A stretch of DNA of 64,000 bases from NCBI GenBank assembly GCA_035496295.1, contig DATJET010000199.1:8-64007 (forward strand), given 5' to 3'. Source of the stretch: Gemmatimonadaceae bacterium (lineage in GTDB: Bacteria > Gemmatimonadota > Gemmatimonadetes > Gemmatimonadales > Gemmatimonadaceae). The notes below the pieces were generated by a model. That model searched no databases. It had not been told where the DNA came from and worked only from the letters and a program-made list of their open reading frames with translations. Below, piece after piece: positions 47,169 to 56,686 of this stretch (the first letter of the stretch is position 1; every line of letters begins with the position of its first letter). The translations under genes and the position numbers were made by a program.

Positions 47169-49522
47169 AGACGGAACAGGTAGCTCACCTTCACGAAGAC
47201 GCCGTCCGTGGTCCGGTACATGCCGCGCGAGAACTGAAATGCGTTGGGCTCGCTGAGCGATGTCCCGTAGCCGGCGAAGAAGACCGTCCCCGGGATCGGC
47301 TTGTAGGACAACAGCACGTCGTTCCGGAAGAGGTTGGACGAGAACGCGCCGAGGGGGGCGTACGCGCCGCCGACCGAACCGCGCTGGACCAACGGAGCGC
47401 CGGTTCGCGGATCCTCGAGCGCCGCTTGATGCTGCGCCACGTATTGCCCGATGTAGCGCAGGAAGATCGATCGCGTGAGTTGATATTCGACCTGCAGGCG
47501 CGGGATGTTGGTGATGGCGAACTCGCTGCCGTCACGCACGCGCGTGAGCCGATCGTAGATCCACGACGCGTCGAGGCGGAGGTCCGGCGTTGGGCGCCAG
47601 GCCACGCTCAGACTGCCAGTGACCTCGCGGCCCTCGCCGGCTTCGGCGAAGAGTACCGCGTCGTTCATGCCGGCGCTGGCGTTCACCGTGACCTTCCGGT
47701 TAGGCGATGTGAGGCTCACGCTCTTGCCATACAGCGAGTAGAGCCCATGCGGCAGCACGAACGCGGCGGTGTCGGCGCCGGCGATCACGCCGTAGCCCCG
47801 GTACGCCGTGCTGTCGAATCGCTGGAAGTTGTCGTTGAGCGTCAACCCGAGGTTCCAGCCGCCGCGCAGCGTGGCAGACGCCTGCGTGGAGTAACCGCCC
47901 TCGAACGTGCCGCCTAACTTGCCGAAGTCGGCGTAGTTCCAGAGCGGCTGCGCATTGAGGAAAAACGAGACCTGCTCCACCAGCGCGCCCGGACCACCGT
48001 ACACCGTGTATCGGTTGAAAATCATCGCGCGGACGAACCCCGTGCGGTTCACGAAGCCGCTCGCGGCCTCGAAGTTCGGGCTCACACCCAGCAGCTCGAC
48101 GTGGTTCCCATAGGCTCGGCCCGTGCGGTCGCCGAAGGTGATATCCCACAGCGCACCGTTGCGTCCGCCGAGACTGTCGCGGGTGGTGGAACCGACGAAT
48201 TGCACCTGCGAGAACCAGATCTTGTGCCATAAGAAGCGCGCGTCGACGCCACCCATGCGATTGTAGTCGCCGCCGTCGATCCGGTCTGTGTATACGAGCC
48301 CGAGGTTCGAGCTGGCGCCGAGGTCGCGGCGGAGTCGCAGGATGTTGTAGATCGGGTCGCTGCCCGTGACCGCGTCGCGCTGGTCGACGGCGCCCAGGTA
48401 GGCCACGTTCAGATCGCCGACCTTGCCGGTGAGCTTGGCGCCGCCGTTGGGCTGCACGATGTCGCGCGTGTAGATGAGCCGGTTAGGCGTGTCGTACTGC
48501 TCGAGTCCCTCGAGAAAGAACGGGCGCTTTTCGGGGTAGAAGAGCGCGAAGCGCTGGTTGAGCGTGACCTGCGCGACGTCGGCTTCGACCTGCGAGAAGT
48601 CGGGGTGCGCGGTGGCGCTCAAGCCGAGTCCGTTAGTCAGGCCCCAGAACATCGTGCCGCCCAACGCCGGTGTCGTGGCGTAGCGATACGCGCCGTTCAC
48701 CGAATCGCCGTCCACTTTGGTGGTGGCCTCGGGGATCACGTCCATCACCAGGCCGCGGTGCAAATGCGTGAGCCCAACGAGGCGCCCCGCCTGGATGAGG
48801 AAGCTCGCATTCGCGCGCACCACGGGCGTCCACGTGTCCTCGTAGCCGGAGTGCTGGACCTCGCGTACGATCTGAATGCCCCATGTTTGTGGATCGAGAT
48901 CCTGAAACCGGATGCTCCGGAACGGGATGCGTACTTCGATTTCGTAGCCCGATGACGTCACGTGGCCGCGCGATTCCCACACAAAGTCGGGATTGAGGTC
49001 GATCGTGCCATCGAAGCGCGCGTTCGGACCGGAACCGCCGCCGGCCGCGCCGGCGTCCTGGCCTTCACTGCGCACACCATCCTCCTGCACGCCAAGCGGA
49101 TTCACGGCGAACATGAATGCGCGACGGTGGTCGGAGTACGTGTCGAGCAGGATCTGGACGTTGTCGTCCGCATCGATGTTGTCGCGGTCGGCAAGCGTTG
49201 CGCGTACGACGCTGCCATGTGGTTCGTACGCGCGGATGCCGAAGTAGATCGCATCGCTCGAGTACCACACGAGCACATCGGTCGAATCGGTGGCGGCCGA
49301 TCCGTCGACGGGACGATACTCGGAAAAGCCGGTGAGCCTCGCGGCGCGTCGCCACACGGCTTCGTCGAGCACACCGTCGACGACGATCGTGGTGTCGATG
49401 CGCGGCGGCGCGACATCGAGCTGCCGCGACCGGCCGTCATAGACGGTACTGTCCGATCGAATGGCGGGGGCTGGGTTCGGCGCCTGCAAGAGCAGCGCGA
49501 ACGATAGAATAGAGATGAGCAT
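47165..49522 (-). CDS. Outer-membrane protein with CBM9-like N-terminal domain and DUF5916 beta-barrel
   Basis: Signal peptide, then IVVDGVLDEAVW...YFGIRAYEP...DDNVQILLDTYSDHRRAFMFAVNPLGVQ. Long beta-rich C-terminus ending VKVSYLFRL. Confidence 0.65.
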   Translation of the reverse strand: MLISILSFALLLQAPNPAPAIRSDSTVYDGRSRQLDVAPPRIDTTIVVDGVLDEAVWRRAARLTGFSEYRPVDGSAATDSTDVLVWYSSDAIYFGIRAYEPHGSVVRATLADRDNIDADDNVQILLDTYSDHRRAFMFAVNPLGVQEDGVRSEGQDAGAAGGGSGPNARFDGTIDLNPDFVWESRGHVTSSGYEIEVRIPFRSIRFQDLDPQTWGIQIVREVQHSGYEDTWTPVVRANASFLIQAGRLVGLTHLHRGLVMDVIPEATTKVDGDSVNGAYRYATTPALGGTMFWGLTNGLGLSATAHPDFSQVEADVAQVTLNQRFALFYPEKRPFFLEGLEQYDTPNRLIYTRDIVQPNGGAKLTGKVGDLNVAYLGAVDQRDAVTGSDPIYNILRLRRDLGASSNLGLVYTDRIDGGDYNRMGGVDARFLWHKIWFSQVQFVGSTTRDSLGGRNGALWDITFGDRTGRAYGNHVELLGVSPNFEAASGFVNRTGFVRAMIFNRYTVYGGPGALVEQVSFFLNAQPLWNYADFGKLGGTFEGGYSTQASATLRGGWNLGLTLNDNFQRFDSTAYRGYGVIAGADTAAFVLPHGLYSLYGKSVSLTSPNRKVTVNASAGMNDAVLFAEAGEGREVTGSLSVAWRPTPDLRLDASWIYDRLTRVRDGSEFAITNIPRLQVEYQLTRSIFLRYIGQYVAQHQAALEDPRTGAPLVQRGSVGGAYAPLGAFSSNLFRNDVLLSYKPIPGTVFFAGYGTSLSEPNAFQFSRGMYRTTDGVFVKVSYLFRL

Positions 49523-49670
49523 GTGAAGTCCGGACGTGGATTTTACGTGCGCGTGTCCGAATCTCCAACTGTCTGGGGGCGAGAGCGTGCCACTTGTCAC
49601 GTCGATGTCGGCGGCGTATAAACAGGTGGCCTCGACCATTTTCGTACGCTTCCCTTAAGACCCGTCCCTG

Positions 49671-50429
49671 ATGCGATTCGCTCCATGCGTCGCAATCGCG
49701 GTGTTGCTCACCGCCATCGGCGTGTCGAGCGCGCGATGCCAGGTGGACACGCGCTGGCCGCAGCACTCGATGGACCGGCCCAGGCCGCCGGTGGTTGATC
49801 CCGGACCCGAGCGAGCCCCGGTGCCGCCGCCCGCGGACGCGATCGTGTTGTTCGATCACGGCTCGCTTTCGGCGTGGCGCCAGCACGACGGAAGTCCCGT
49901 GCGTTGGGCAGTACACGGCGACTACTTCGAGGTCGAGCCGGGCACGGGCAACATCGTGACTGCGCGCGGGTTCGGCGACTGCCAACTGCACGTCGAGTGG
50001 GCCGCGCCCACGCCGCCGAAAGGCGAAAGCCAGGAGCGCGGCAACAGCGGCGTGTTCCTGATGGGCCTGTACGAGGTGCAGGTGCTCGACTCGTACCACA
50101 ACGACACGTACCCGGATGGCCAGGCGGCATCGGTGTACGGGCAATTTCCGCCGTTGGTCAACGCCAGCCGCGCGCCGGGGAAGTGGCAATCGTACGACAT
50201 CATCTTTCACCGGCCGCGATTCGACTCGAGCGGCACGGTCACATCACCGGCCCGCCTAACGGTGTTTCACAACGGCATACTGGTCCAGGACAACGTGGCA
50301 CTGAGCGGTCCGACGGCGAACAAGCAGCGGCCGCCGTATCACGTCACGCCCGATAGCTTGCCGCTGGAGCTCCAGGACCACAACAATCGGGTGCGGTATC
50401 GCGACATCTGGATTCGCGCGATCGACTGA
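49671..50429 (+). CDS. DUF1080 (3-keto-disaccharide hydrolase-like) secreted protein
   Basis: Signal peptide. Contains GNSGVFLMGLYEVQVLDS and LELQDHNNRVRYRDIWIR, typical of DUF1080. Confidence 0.8.
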   Translation: MRFAPCVAIAVLLTAIGVSSARCQVDTRWPQHSMDRPRPPVVDPGPERAPVPPPADAIVLFDHGSLSAWRQHDGSPVRWAVHGDYFEVEPGTGNIVTARGFGDCQLHVEWAAPTPPKGESQERGNSGVFLMGLYEVQVLDSYHNDTYPDGQAASVYGQFPPLVNASRAPGKWQSYDIIFHRPRFDSSGTVTSPARLTVFHNGILVQDNVALSGPTANKQRPPYHVTPDSLPLELQDHNNRVRYRDIWIRAID

Positions 50430-50442
50430 CCCAAGGAGACCC

Positions 50443-52137
50443 ATGCAAGCTGCAGGAACGCGCAAGACATTCGACGTATGCATCGTGGGCTCGGGCGCCG
50501 GCGGCGGTATGTCGGCGTACGTCCTAACGCAGGCCGGCGCCGACGTCGTGATGCTCGAAGCGGGCGGCCCGTGGGACAACGCGACCGATTCCAAGATGAT
50601 GGAGTGGCCATACGAGTCGCCGCGACGCGGGCGCGGATCCAAGGAGCGCCCATTCGGTGAATTCGACGGCTGCATTGGCGGGTGGGAGATCGATGGCGAG
50701 CCGTATACCACGGCGCCGGGTACGAAATTCGACTGGTGGCGCGCGCGCATGGTGGGCGGCCGCACGAACCATTGGGGCCGCATCTCGCTGCGCTTCGGTC
50801 CGGACGATTTTCGCCGGAAAAGTCTCGACGGGTTAGGCGACGATTGGCCGATCACCTACGACGATCTCAAGCCGTACTACGATCGCGTTGACCGGTTGGT
50901 CGGGCTCTTCGGCAGCGTCGAGGGGTTGCGCAATCATCCCGACGGCATTTTCCAGCCGCCGCCCGCGCCGCGCTGCTACGAGCTGCTCATCAAGCAGGCC
51001 GCGGACAAGCTGCGCATCACGTGCATTCCGGCGCGTCTCTCTGTCCTCACGCAGCCCCTCAACGGACGCGCGGCGTGTCATCACTGCGGGCAATGCAACC
51101 GCGGCTGCAAGACCAACTCGAACTTCTCGAGCTCGGGCGTGTTGATCCCGCCTGCCAAGCAGACAGGCAAGCTGACGCTCATCACCAGCGCCATGGCGTA
51201 CGAGGTGACGACGGATGGACGCGGGATGGCAACGGGCGTGTCGTACGTCGACAAGAAGACGGGGACCGTGGAGCACGTGCAGGCGCGCACGGTCGTGCTC
51301 GCCGCGAGCGCGTGCGAGTCCGCGCGACTCCTGCTCAACTCGAAGTCGTCGCGCTTCCCGCAGGGCCTCGCGAATTCGAGCGGCGTCGTTGGGCGGTATC
51401 TCACCGACACGATAGGCACCGACCTGGCCGGGTACATCCCGAAGATGGTCGACCACGTGCCGCACAACGAAGATGGCGTGGGCGGTAATCACCTCTACAT
51501 GCCGTGGTGGCTCGACAACCGCAATCTCGATTTTCCGCGCGGCTATCACATCGAGTTGTGGGGCGGGCTGGATACCCCGGCGTATGGCATCATGGATGGC
51601 ATTCACAAATATCCTAACGCGGGCGGCTACGGGAAGGCGCTGAAGGATGAGTATCGCCACTATTACGGAGCGAGCGTCGGTTTCTCCGGACGCGGCGAGA
51701 TGATTCCGAACGCGGATTGCTACTGCGAGCTCGACCCGATGACGGTGGACCGGTGGGGCATTCCCGTGCTGCGCTTCCACTGGAAGTGGACGGACCACGA
51801 GTTGAACCAGGTGCGCCACATGCAGCAGACGTTCCGCGCGATCGTCCACGAGATGGGCGGCGACGTGTTCTCGCCGATGCCGACCAAAGAGCACGGCTAC
51901 GGGATCGCGAACGGTGGACAGATCATCCACGAGTTAGGCACGACGCGCATGGGGCGCGAGCCGGGAAACTCGGTGGTCAACGCCCACTGCCAGGCGCACG
52001 ACGTGCCCAACTTGTTCGTGGCCGATGGCGGCCCGTTCGTGTCGCAAGCCGACAAGAATCCCACGTGGACGATTCTCGCGTTGGCGTGGCGGACCGCCGA
52101 CTACATCACCGAGCAGCGGAAGGCAGGCGCGATATGA
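50443..52137 (+). CDS. GMC-family FAD-dependent oxidoreductase
   Basis: FAD motif VCIVGSGAGGGMSAYVLTQAGADVVMLEAG and a GMC C-terminal domain. Confidence 0.85.
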   Translation: MQAAGTRKTFDVCIVGSGAGGGMSAYVLTQAGADVVMLEAGGPWDNATDSKMMEWPYESPRRGRGSKERPFGEFDGCIGGWEIDGEPYTTAPGTKFDWWRARMVGGRTNHWGRISLRFGPDDFRRKSLDGLGDDWPITYDDLKPYYDRVDRLVGLFGSVEGLRNHPDGIFQPPPAPRCYELLIKQAADKLRITCIPARLSVLTQPLNGRAACHHCGQCNRGCKTNSNFSSSGVLIPPAKQTGKLTLITSAMAYEVTTDGRGMATGVSYVDKKTGTVEHVQARTVVLAASACESARLLLNSKSSRFPQGLANSSGVVGRYLTDTIGTDLAGYIPKMVDHVPHNEDGVGGNHLYMPWWLDNRNLDFPRGYHIELWGGLDTPAYGIMDGIHKYPNAGGYGKALKDEYRHYYGASVGFSGRGEMIPNADCYCELDPMTVDRWGIPVLRFHWKWTDHELNQVRHMQQTFRAIVHEMGGDVFSPMPTKEHGYGIANGGQIIHELGTTRMGREPGNSVVNAHCQAHDVPNLFVADGGPFVSQADKNPTWTILALAWRTADYITEQRKAGAI

Positions 52138-52781
52138 CGGACCACGACGAGGAGCGCGACACCGCGGAGTCTCCCGCGCCTAACGGGAGCGGGATGTCCC
52201 GCCGGTCGATGCTCGAGCTGATGGTGCTGGGCACGATCGCCACCGCGTGCAACGGCGCCGAGCGCACGGCCACGGCGGTCGGGAGCAAGGCCGGCGCCGA
52301 TACGGCGCGCGCCGCGACGGGATCGTACCAGCCCACCGTGTTCACGCCGCACGAGTGGGACACGGTGAACGTGCTGGTCGACATCATCATCCCGCGCGAC
52401 GAGCGGTCGGGGAGCGCGACCGACGCGCGCGTGCCTGAATTCATGGACCGGATTCTCGTCCTGTACCCGGAGGACAGCCTGCCCATTCGCGGCGGTCTGG
52501 CCTGGCTGGATCACGAGTGCGCGGACCGGTTCGGAAGACCCTTCGTGCAGTGCACGACCAACGAGCGGCATGCGGTGCTCGACGACATCGCGTGGCCGAG
52601 TCGCGCCAAACCGGAGTTCAGCCAGGGGGTCGCGTTTTTCAACCGCTTCCGCGACTTCACGGCGACCGGATTTTTCTCGAGCAAGATGGGCGTCGCCGAC
52701 CTGCAGTATCAGGGCAATACGTACGTCCCGCAGTGGACCGGGTGCCCGCCGGAGGCCCTCCACAAACTCGGCGTCGGTTAG
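52134..52781 (+). CDS. Gluconate 2-dehydrogenase subunit 3-family (Tat-signal small subunit) protein
   Basis: ATG overlaps the GMC gene's TGA (ATGA). Tat-like signal SRRSMLELMVLG. It is the typical partner of GMC dehydrogenases. The TAG stop lies inside a GTTAGGC copy. Confidence 0.7.
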   Translation: MTDHDEERDTAESPAPNGSGMSRRSMLELMVLGTIATACNGAERTATAVGSKAGADTARAATGSYQPTVFTPHEWDTVNVLVDIIIPRDERSGSATDARVPEFMDRILVLYPEDSLPIRGGLAWLDHECADRFGRPFVQCTTNERHAVLDDIAWPSRAKPEFSQGVAFFNRFRDFTATGFFSSKMGVADLQYQGNTYVPQWTGCPPEALHKLGVG

Positions 52782-52796
52782 GCAGTTGGGCCGAGC

Positions 52797-55700
52797 TCAC
52801 GTCGTGGGCAGCGCAGCGCCGGGCGCATCGAGCAGGTCGCGGATGCGCCGGGCCAGATCGTCGGGACGAAACGGCTTCTGGATGAACTCCGCGCCCGGCT
52901 CCAACATACCCTGCCGCAGCACCGCATCATCCGTATACCCCGACATGTAGAGGACTTTGAGATCCGGCTTCGCCGCTCGGAGCTCTCGCACAAGGTCACG
53001 CCCGCTGAGTTCCGGCATCACGACGTCGGTGACCAACAGGTCAATGCCACCCGGTCGCCGGCCCGCGAGCTGCAGGGCTTCGCGTCCGCTCGCTGCTTCG
53101 ACGACGGTGTACCCATGACGCTCCAGCACATCGCGCAGGACCGCGCGCACCGCCGCCGTGTCTTCGGCGACCATGATGGTTTCGGTCCCGTGCAGCGATC
53201 GCGTGGGCCGTTCTGCTGATTCGAGAGACTCGGCCGGCTCGTCCACGCGCGGCAAGTAGATCTTGAACGTCGACCCCTTACCCGGCTCGCTATACACCCA
53301 GATGAATCCGTCGCTTTGTTTGACGATACCGTACACCGTCGCGAGTCCGAGACCTGTTCCCTTCCCGGCCTCCTTGGTCGTGAAGAAGGGTTCGAAGATG
53401 CGCGCTTTGGTCTCCTCGTCCATGCCGATGCCCGTATCGCTCACGGCCATCACGACGTGCGGTCCGGACGCCGGTCCGGGTCGCTCGGGCGCGAATTCCG
53501 CATCGACCATCACGTTGGCGGTCTCGATCGTCAGGAGGCCTCCGTTAGGCATCGCGTCGCGCGCGTTGACGGCGAGGTTCATAATCACCTGCTCCAGCTG
53601 GCCGGGATCGGCCCGGACCGACGCGAGCGCCGAATCCAGCGACGTCTCGACCTTGACGTCCTCGCCGATGAGCCGTCCCAATAACTTCTGCGCGCCTGAG
53701 ATGACCGCGTTGAGATTGATGACCCGCGGCGCGAGCACCTGACGGCGGCTGAATGCGAGCAGCTGCCGCGTGAGATCCGCCGCGGCGAGTGCCGCGCGCT
53801 TGATCTCGGCGACGTCCTGGCGTAATACGTCCTGCGGGTCGAGGTCGAGCAGCAACAAGTCCGAGTATCCGGTGATCGCGGTGAGGAGATTGTTGAAGTC
53901 GTGTGCAACGCCGCCGGCCAAGCGTCCAACGGCTTCCATTTTCTGCGCCTGTCGGAATTGCTCCTCGAGTTGGCGGTGTTCAGTGATGTCCACCCAGACG
54001 CCAACCACCTCGGCGCCCTCGCCGAACATGTCGCCCACGACGCGTGACTCGTCCCGGATCCAGCGATACTTGCCCGATCGATCCCGAAAACGATACTCGG
54101 AGACCATCCGACCCGTTCGTGCCAGGCCGTTCTGCGCGTCGAGCGTACGCGCCAGGTCGTCGGGGTGAACGCCCGCGACCCACCACCCGTCGGCGAGGGC
54201 CTCCTCCACGCTGTATCCAATGAACCGCGCGATGTTGTCACTCACCCACACGCCGTGAAAGCCCGCACCGCGCAGCCTCGTGACGTAGAGCACCGCGTTG
54301 CTCGACGTGAGCGCCTGCGCGAGACGACTCTGCACCTCGCGCAGCTGGCGTTCGGCGCGCTCGCGCGCGGTGATGTCGTTGATCACCACGAGCTCGGCCG
54401 GACGGCCTTCCCACGTTAGGCTGCAGGCGTTGATCTCGACGTCCATCGCGACGCCGAACTTGGTACGGTGGCGCCAAGTGCCTGCCGAGTGAAGCGGACG
54501 CGGCGGCTGATCCAGCTCCTCTTGCAGACGCGGCACGTCCTCGCGCGGACGGAGTACATCGATCGTGAGCGTGAGGAATTCTTCCTTCGTGTAGCCGTAG
54601 GCGTGCGTGGCCGCCGCGTTCACGGCCAGAATGCGGCGCGTCTCTCGGTCGAAGACCCACGACGGTAGCGGCGTATGCTCGAACAGTAGACGATATCGTT
54701 CCTCCGACTCGGCCAGGCGTTCGAAGGTGCGACTCAGCGCGACGGCCTGCCCAACCTGGTACGCCACCGTGTGTGCGAACGCGAGCCACTCCTCTCCGCC
54801 TAACGATTTGCTCGCCGAGTCGAAGAGGAGCACGCCATCGCGGTCGCCGCGAGCGCTGATCGGTGCGAGCATGGCGCCGGATGTGCTCGCGCGCTCCAAC
54901 AGATCGTCGGCGACCGCGCTGGGTATGCGCGACGATGGAATCGCGATCGGTTTGCCCTCGTCGAGGATGGCATCCAACAAATCGGCGTGCCCGAACAACG
55001 TCGGCAATCCGGCCGCGATCTCATCGGGGTACCCGACCTGCGCCACGCAGCGCCAGCCGGCATTGTCGCGCACGAGGACCGCCGCTCGCGACAGCCCGGC
55101 CGCGTCGACGCACTGTGTCAGCACGTCCTGCAGCGAGCCTCCCGCATCTCCGCGTTGGGCCAGCGTGTCGGCGATCGTGCTGAGCACGGACAGGGCAGCC
55201 GCCTGCAGCGACACCCGCCGGGCGATGTCGGATCGCAGGGCCACCTGCCGCTGCAATTGCCGGATCAGGCGCGGATCGTACTCGACGCGCTCGATCGTTG
55301 GTGGCGGCGCGAGGTCCGGATGCGCGTGCGGTGCGCGAGCTGCCGCGGTGATGACATCCGCGACGTTGGACATCTCGGGCGTGCGACTCACGAGATCGAA
55401 CGCGCCCGCACGTTGGGCGAGCTCGCGCGCCTCGTCGTCGACGGCCATGGATGAAACGAGGACGATGGGCAATCCGGCGATGCTCGGGTCGCGGCGGGCC
55501 GCCACGCACAGGTCAAAGCCGTCGACAGTGGGCAGCAGGACATCGGCGACGATCACGTCGGGCGCGTGACGGCGCGCGGAATCGAGCGCCGATCGTCCGT
55601 CACCGCTCGTGGTCACAGCAAAGCCGTTCCGCTCCAGCCGCTGGCGTTCCACTCGCAGTTGTACGTCATCGTCGTTGACCAACAACACGTGCAACAGAGT

Positions 55701-56093
55701 GCCACCGGGACCGCGTCGGCCCGCGGCGCCACTCAGATGCGCGCGCAGCACCTGGACGATGCGCGATGGTTCGGCCGGTTTGACCAACAGGTCGTCGAAC
55801 CCAGCCGCGGCGATGTGGCCTTCCTGGACGGCCGAGAGAAATCCGGTGAAGGCGATAATCGGTACGCGCTCGGCGCCGGGGAGACGCCGCAATTGGGCGA
55901 CGAGATCGAATCCGCTCATGTCCGGCAAGACGATGTCCTGGAGGACGAGATCGGGCGGCGTTGCCGCAGCGCGCTCGAGCGCGCCGGCGCCCGTATCCGC
56001 CTCGAGCACGCGGTAGCCTTCGGTCTCGAGCGCGATCCGCGCCATCTTGCGGGTGATGGGATTGTGTTCGACGACGAGGATGGTCGCGCTCAT
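52797..56093 (-). CDS. Hybrid sensor histidine kinase/response regulator (REC-REC-GAF-PAS-PAS-HisKA-HATPase-REC)
   Basis: Two N-terminal receivers (ILVVEHN..., VLLVNDD...), a GAF-like region and two PAS domains. H-box VAHDFNNLLTAI. HATPase segments NLAVNARDAM, DTGIGM and GTGLGLA. C-terminal REC with the context LLVTDVVMPE. Confidence 0.9.
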   Translation of the reverse strand: MSATILVVEHNPITRKMARIALETEGYRVLEADTGAGALERAAATPPDLVLQDIVLPDMSGFDLVAQLRRLPGAERVPIIAFTGFLSAVQEGHIAAAGFDDLLVKPAEPSRIVQVLRAHLSGAAGRRGPGGTLLHVLLVNDDDVQLRVERQRLERNGFAVTTSGDGRSALDSARRHAPDVIVADVLLPTVDGFDLCVAARRDPSIAGLPIVLVSSMAVDDEARELAQRAGAFDLVSRTPEMSNVADVITAAARAPHAHPDLAPPPTIERVEYDPRLIRQLQRQVALRSDIARRVSLQAAALSVLSTIADTLAQRGDAGGSLQDVLTQCVDAAGLSRAAVLVRDNAGWRCVAQVGYPDEIAAGLPTLFGHADLLDAILDEGKPIAIPSSRIPSAVADDLLERASTSGAMLAPISARGDRDGVLLFDSASKSLGGEEWLAFAHTVAYQVGQAVALSRTFERLAESEERYRLLFEHTPLPSWVFDRETRRILAVNAAATHAYGYTKEEFLTLTIDVLRPREDVPRLQEELDQPPRPLHSAGTWRHRTKFGVAMDVEINACSLTWEGRPAELVVINDITARERAERQLREVQSRLAQALTSSNAVLYVTRLRGAGFHGVWVSDNIARFIGYSVEEALADGWWVAGVHPDDLARTLDAQNGLARTGRMVSEYRFRDRSGKYRWIRDESRVVGDMFGEGAEVVGVWVDITEHRQLEEQFRQAQKMEAVGRLAGGVAHDFNNLLTAITGYSDLLLLDLDPQDVLRQDVAEIKRAALAAADLTRQLLAFSRRQVLAPRVINLNAVISGAQKLLGRLIGEDVKVETSLDSALASVRADPGQLEQVIMNLAVNARDAMPNGGLLTIETANVMVDAEFAPERPGPASGPHVVMAVSDTGIGMDEETKARIFEPFFTTKEAGKGTGLGLATVYGIVKQSDGFIWVYSEPGKGSTFKIYLPRVDEPAESLESAERPTRSLHGTETIMVAEDTAAVRAVLRDVLERHGYTVVEAASGREALQLAGRRPGGIDLLVTDVVMPELSGRDLVRELRAAKPDLKVLYMSGYTDDAVLRQGMLEPGAEFIQKPFRPDDLARRIRDLLDAPGAALPTT

Positions 56094-56520
56094 GGTTGCT
56101 CCAGGTACGACGCGCCGATGGCCGGCAGGGTGCGGGTATCGATCGGCTTCAAGATGTATCCGTCACAACCCGCGGCGAATGCCCGTTCGTCATCGCTTTT
56201 CATGGCACATGCGGTGGGCGCGATGATCTTGACGCACCGGCTCGCTGCGCGCGCTGACGCCTGGTATCCTCCACCTGCATCTGGAACTCGGTCGCCCCCG
56301 AGGCGAGCGCACGCACATGGACACGACCGTTGTCCGGCGTGAATTTGAGTACGTTCGAGAGGAAGTCGTACAGCACTTGCTCGCGCTTGCCTGGATCGAC
56401 CACGACGATGCCGACGTCGGGATCGACATGCATCGTCACGTCGATTTGCTTTTGGGCGGCCATCGATCGCAGAATGCCGTTCACTTCGAGACCGCCGGTC
56501 CAACTGCGGTCGCGCCCCGA
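56090..56520 (-). pseudogene. Decayed hybrid histidine-kinase remnant (HATPase N-terminal half joined out of frame to a receiver C-terminal half)
   Basis: One frame reads ILRSMAAQKQIDVTMHVDPD...REQVLYDFLSNVLKFTPDNGRVHV...QVEDT (N-box region). After a frame shift the sequence reads VKIIAPTACAMKSDDERAFAAGCDGYILKPID...YLEQP*. There is no H-box and no G-boxes. Confidence 0.55.
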
Positions 56521-56686
56521 GGCCTATGACTAACGTCGCCCGTGGGGAGGCGCAAGAGCGACCCTTGCGTCCTAACGGAAATCGGCTGACCGCCGACTCC
56601 GGCGGTATCAGCCGGACGCAGCGGCTTGCCCCCGTTATCGGTTCGGCCGCACGGCGGAGCCCGAATCGCCTAACACCAATTCAGAG

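Noticed and set aside
9129-56577. One-mismatch variants also recur: GTTAGGA/TCCTAAC about 7 times, GTTAGTC/GACTAAC about 6 times, GTTAGCC/GGCTAAC about 6 times.
   Set aside because: These counts are only about 2-fold above my rough expectation of about 3 each. I cannot claim enrichment without a proper null model.
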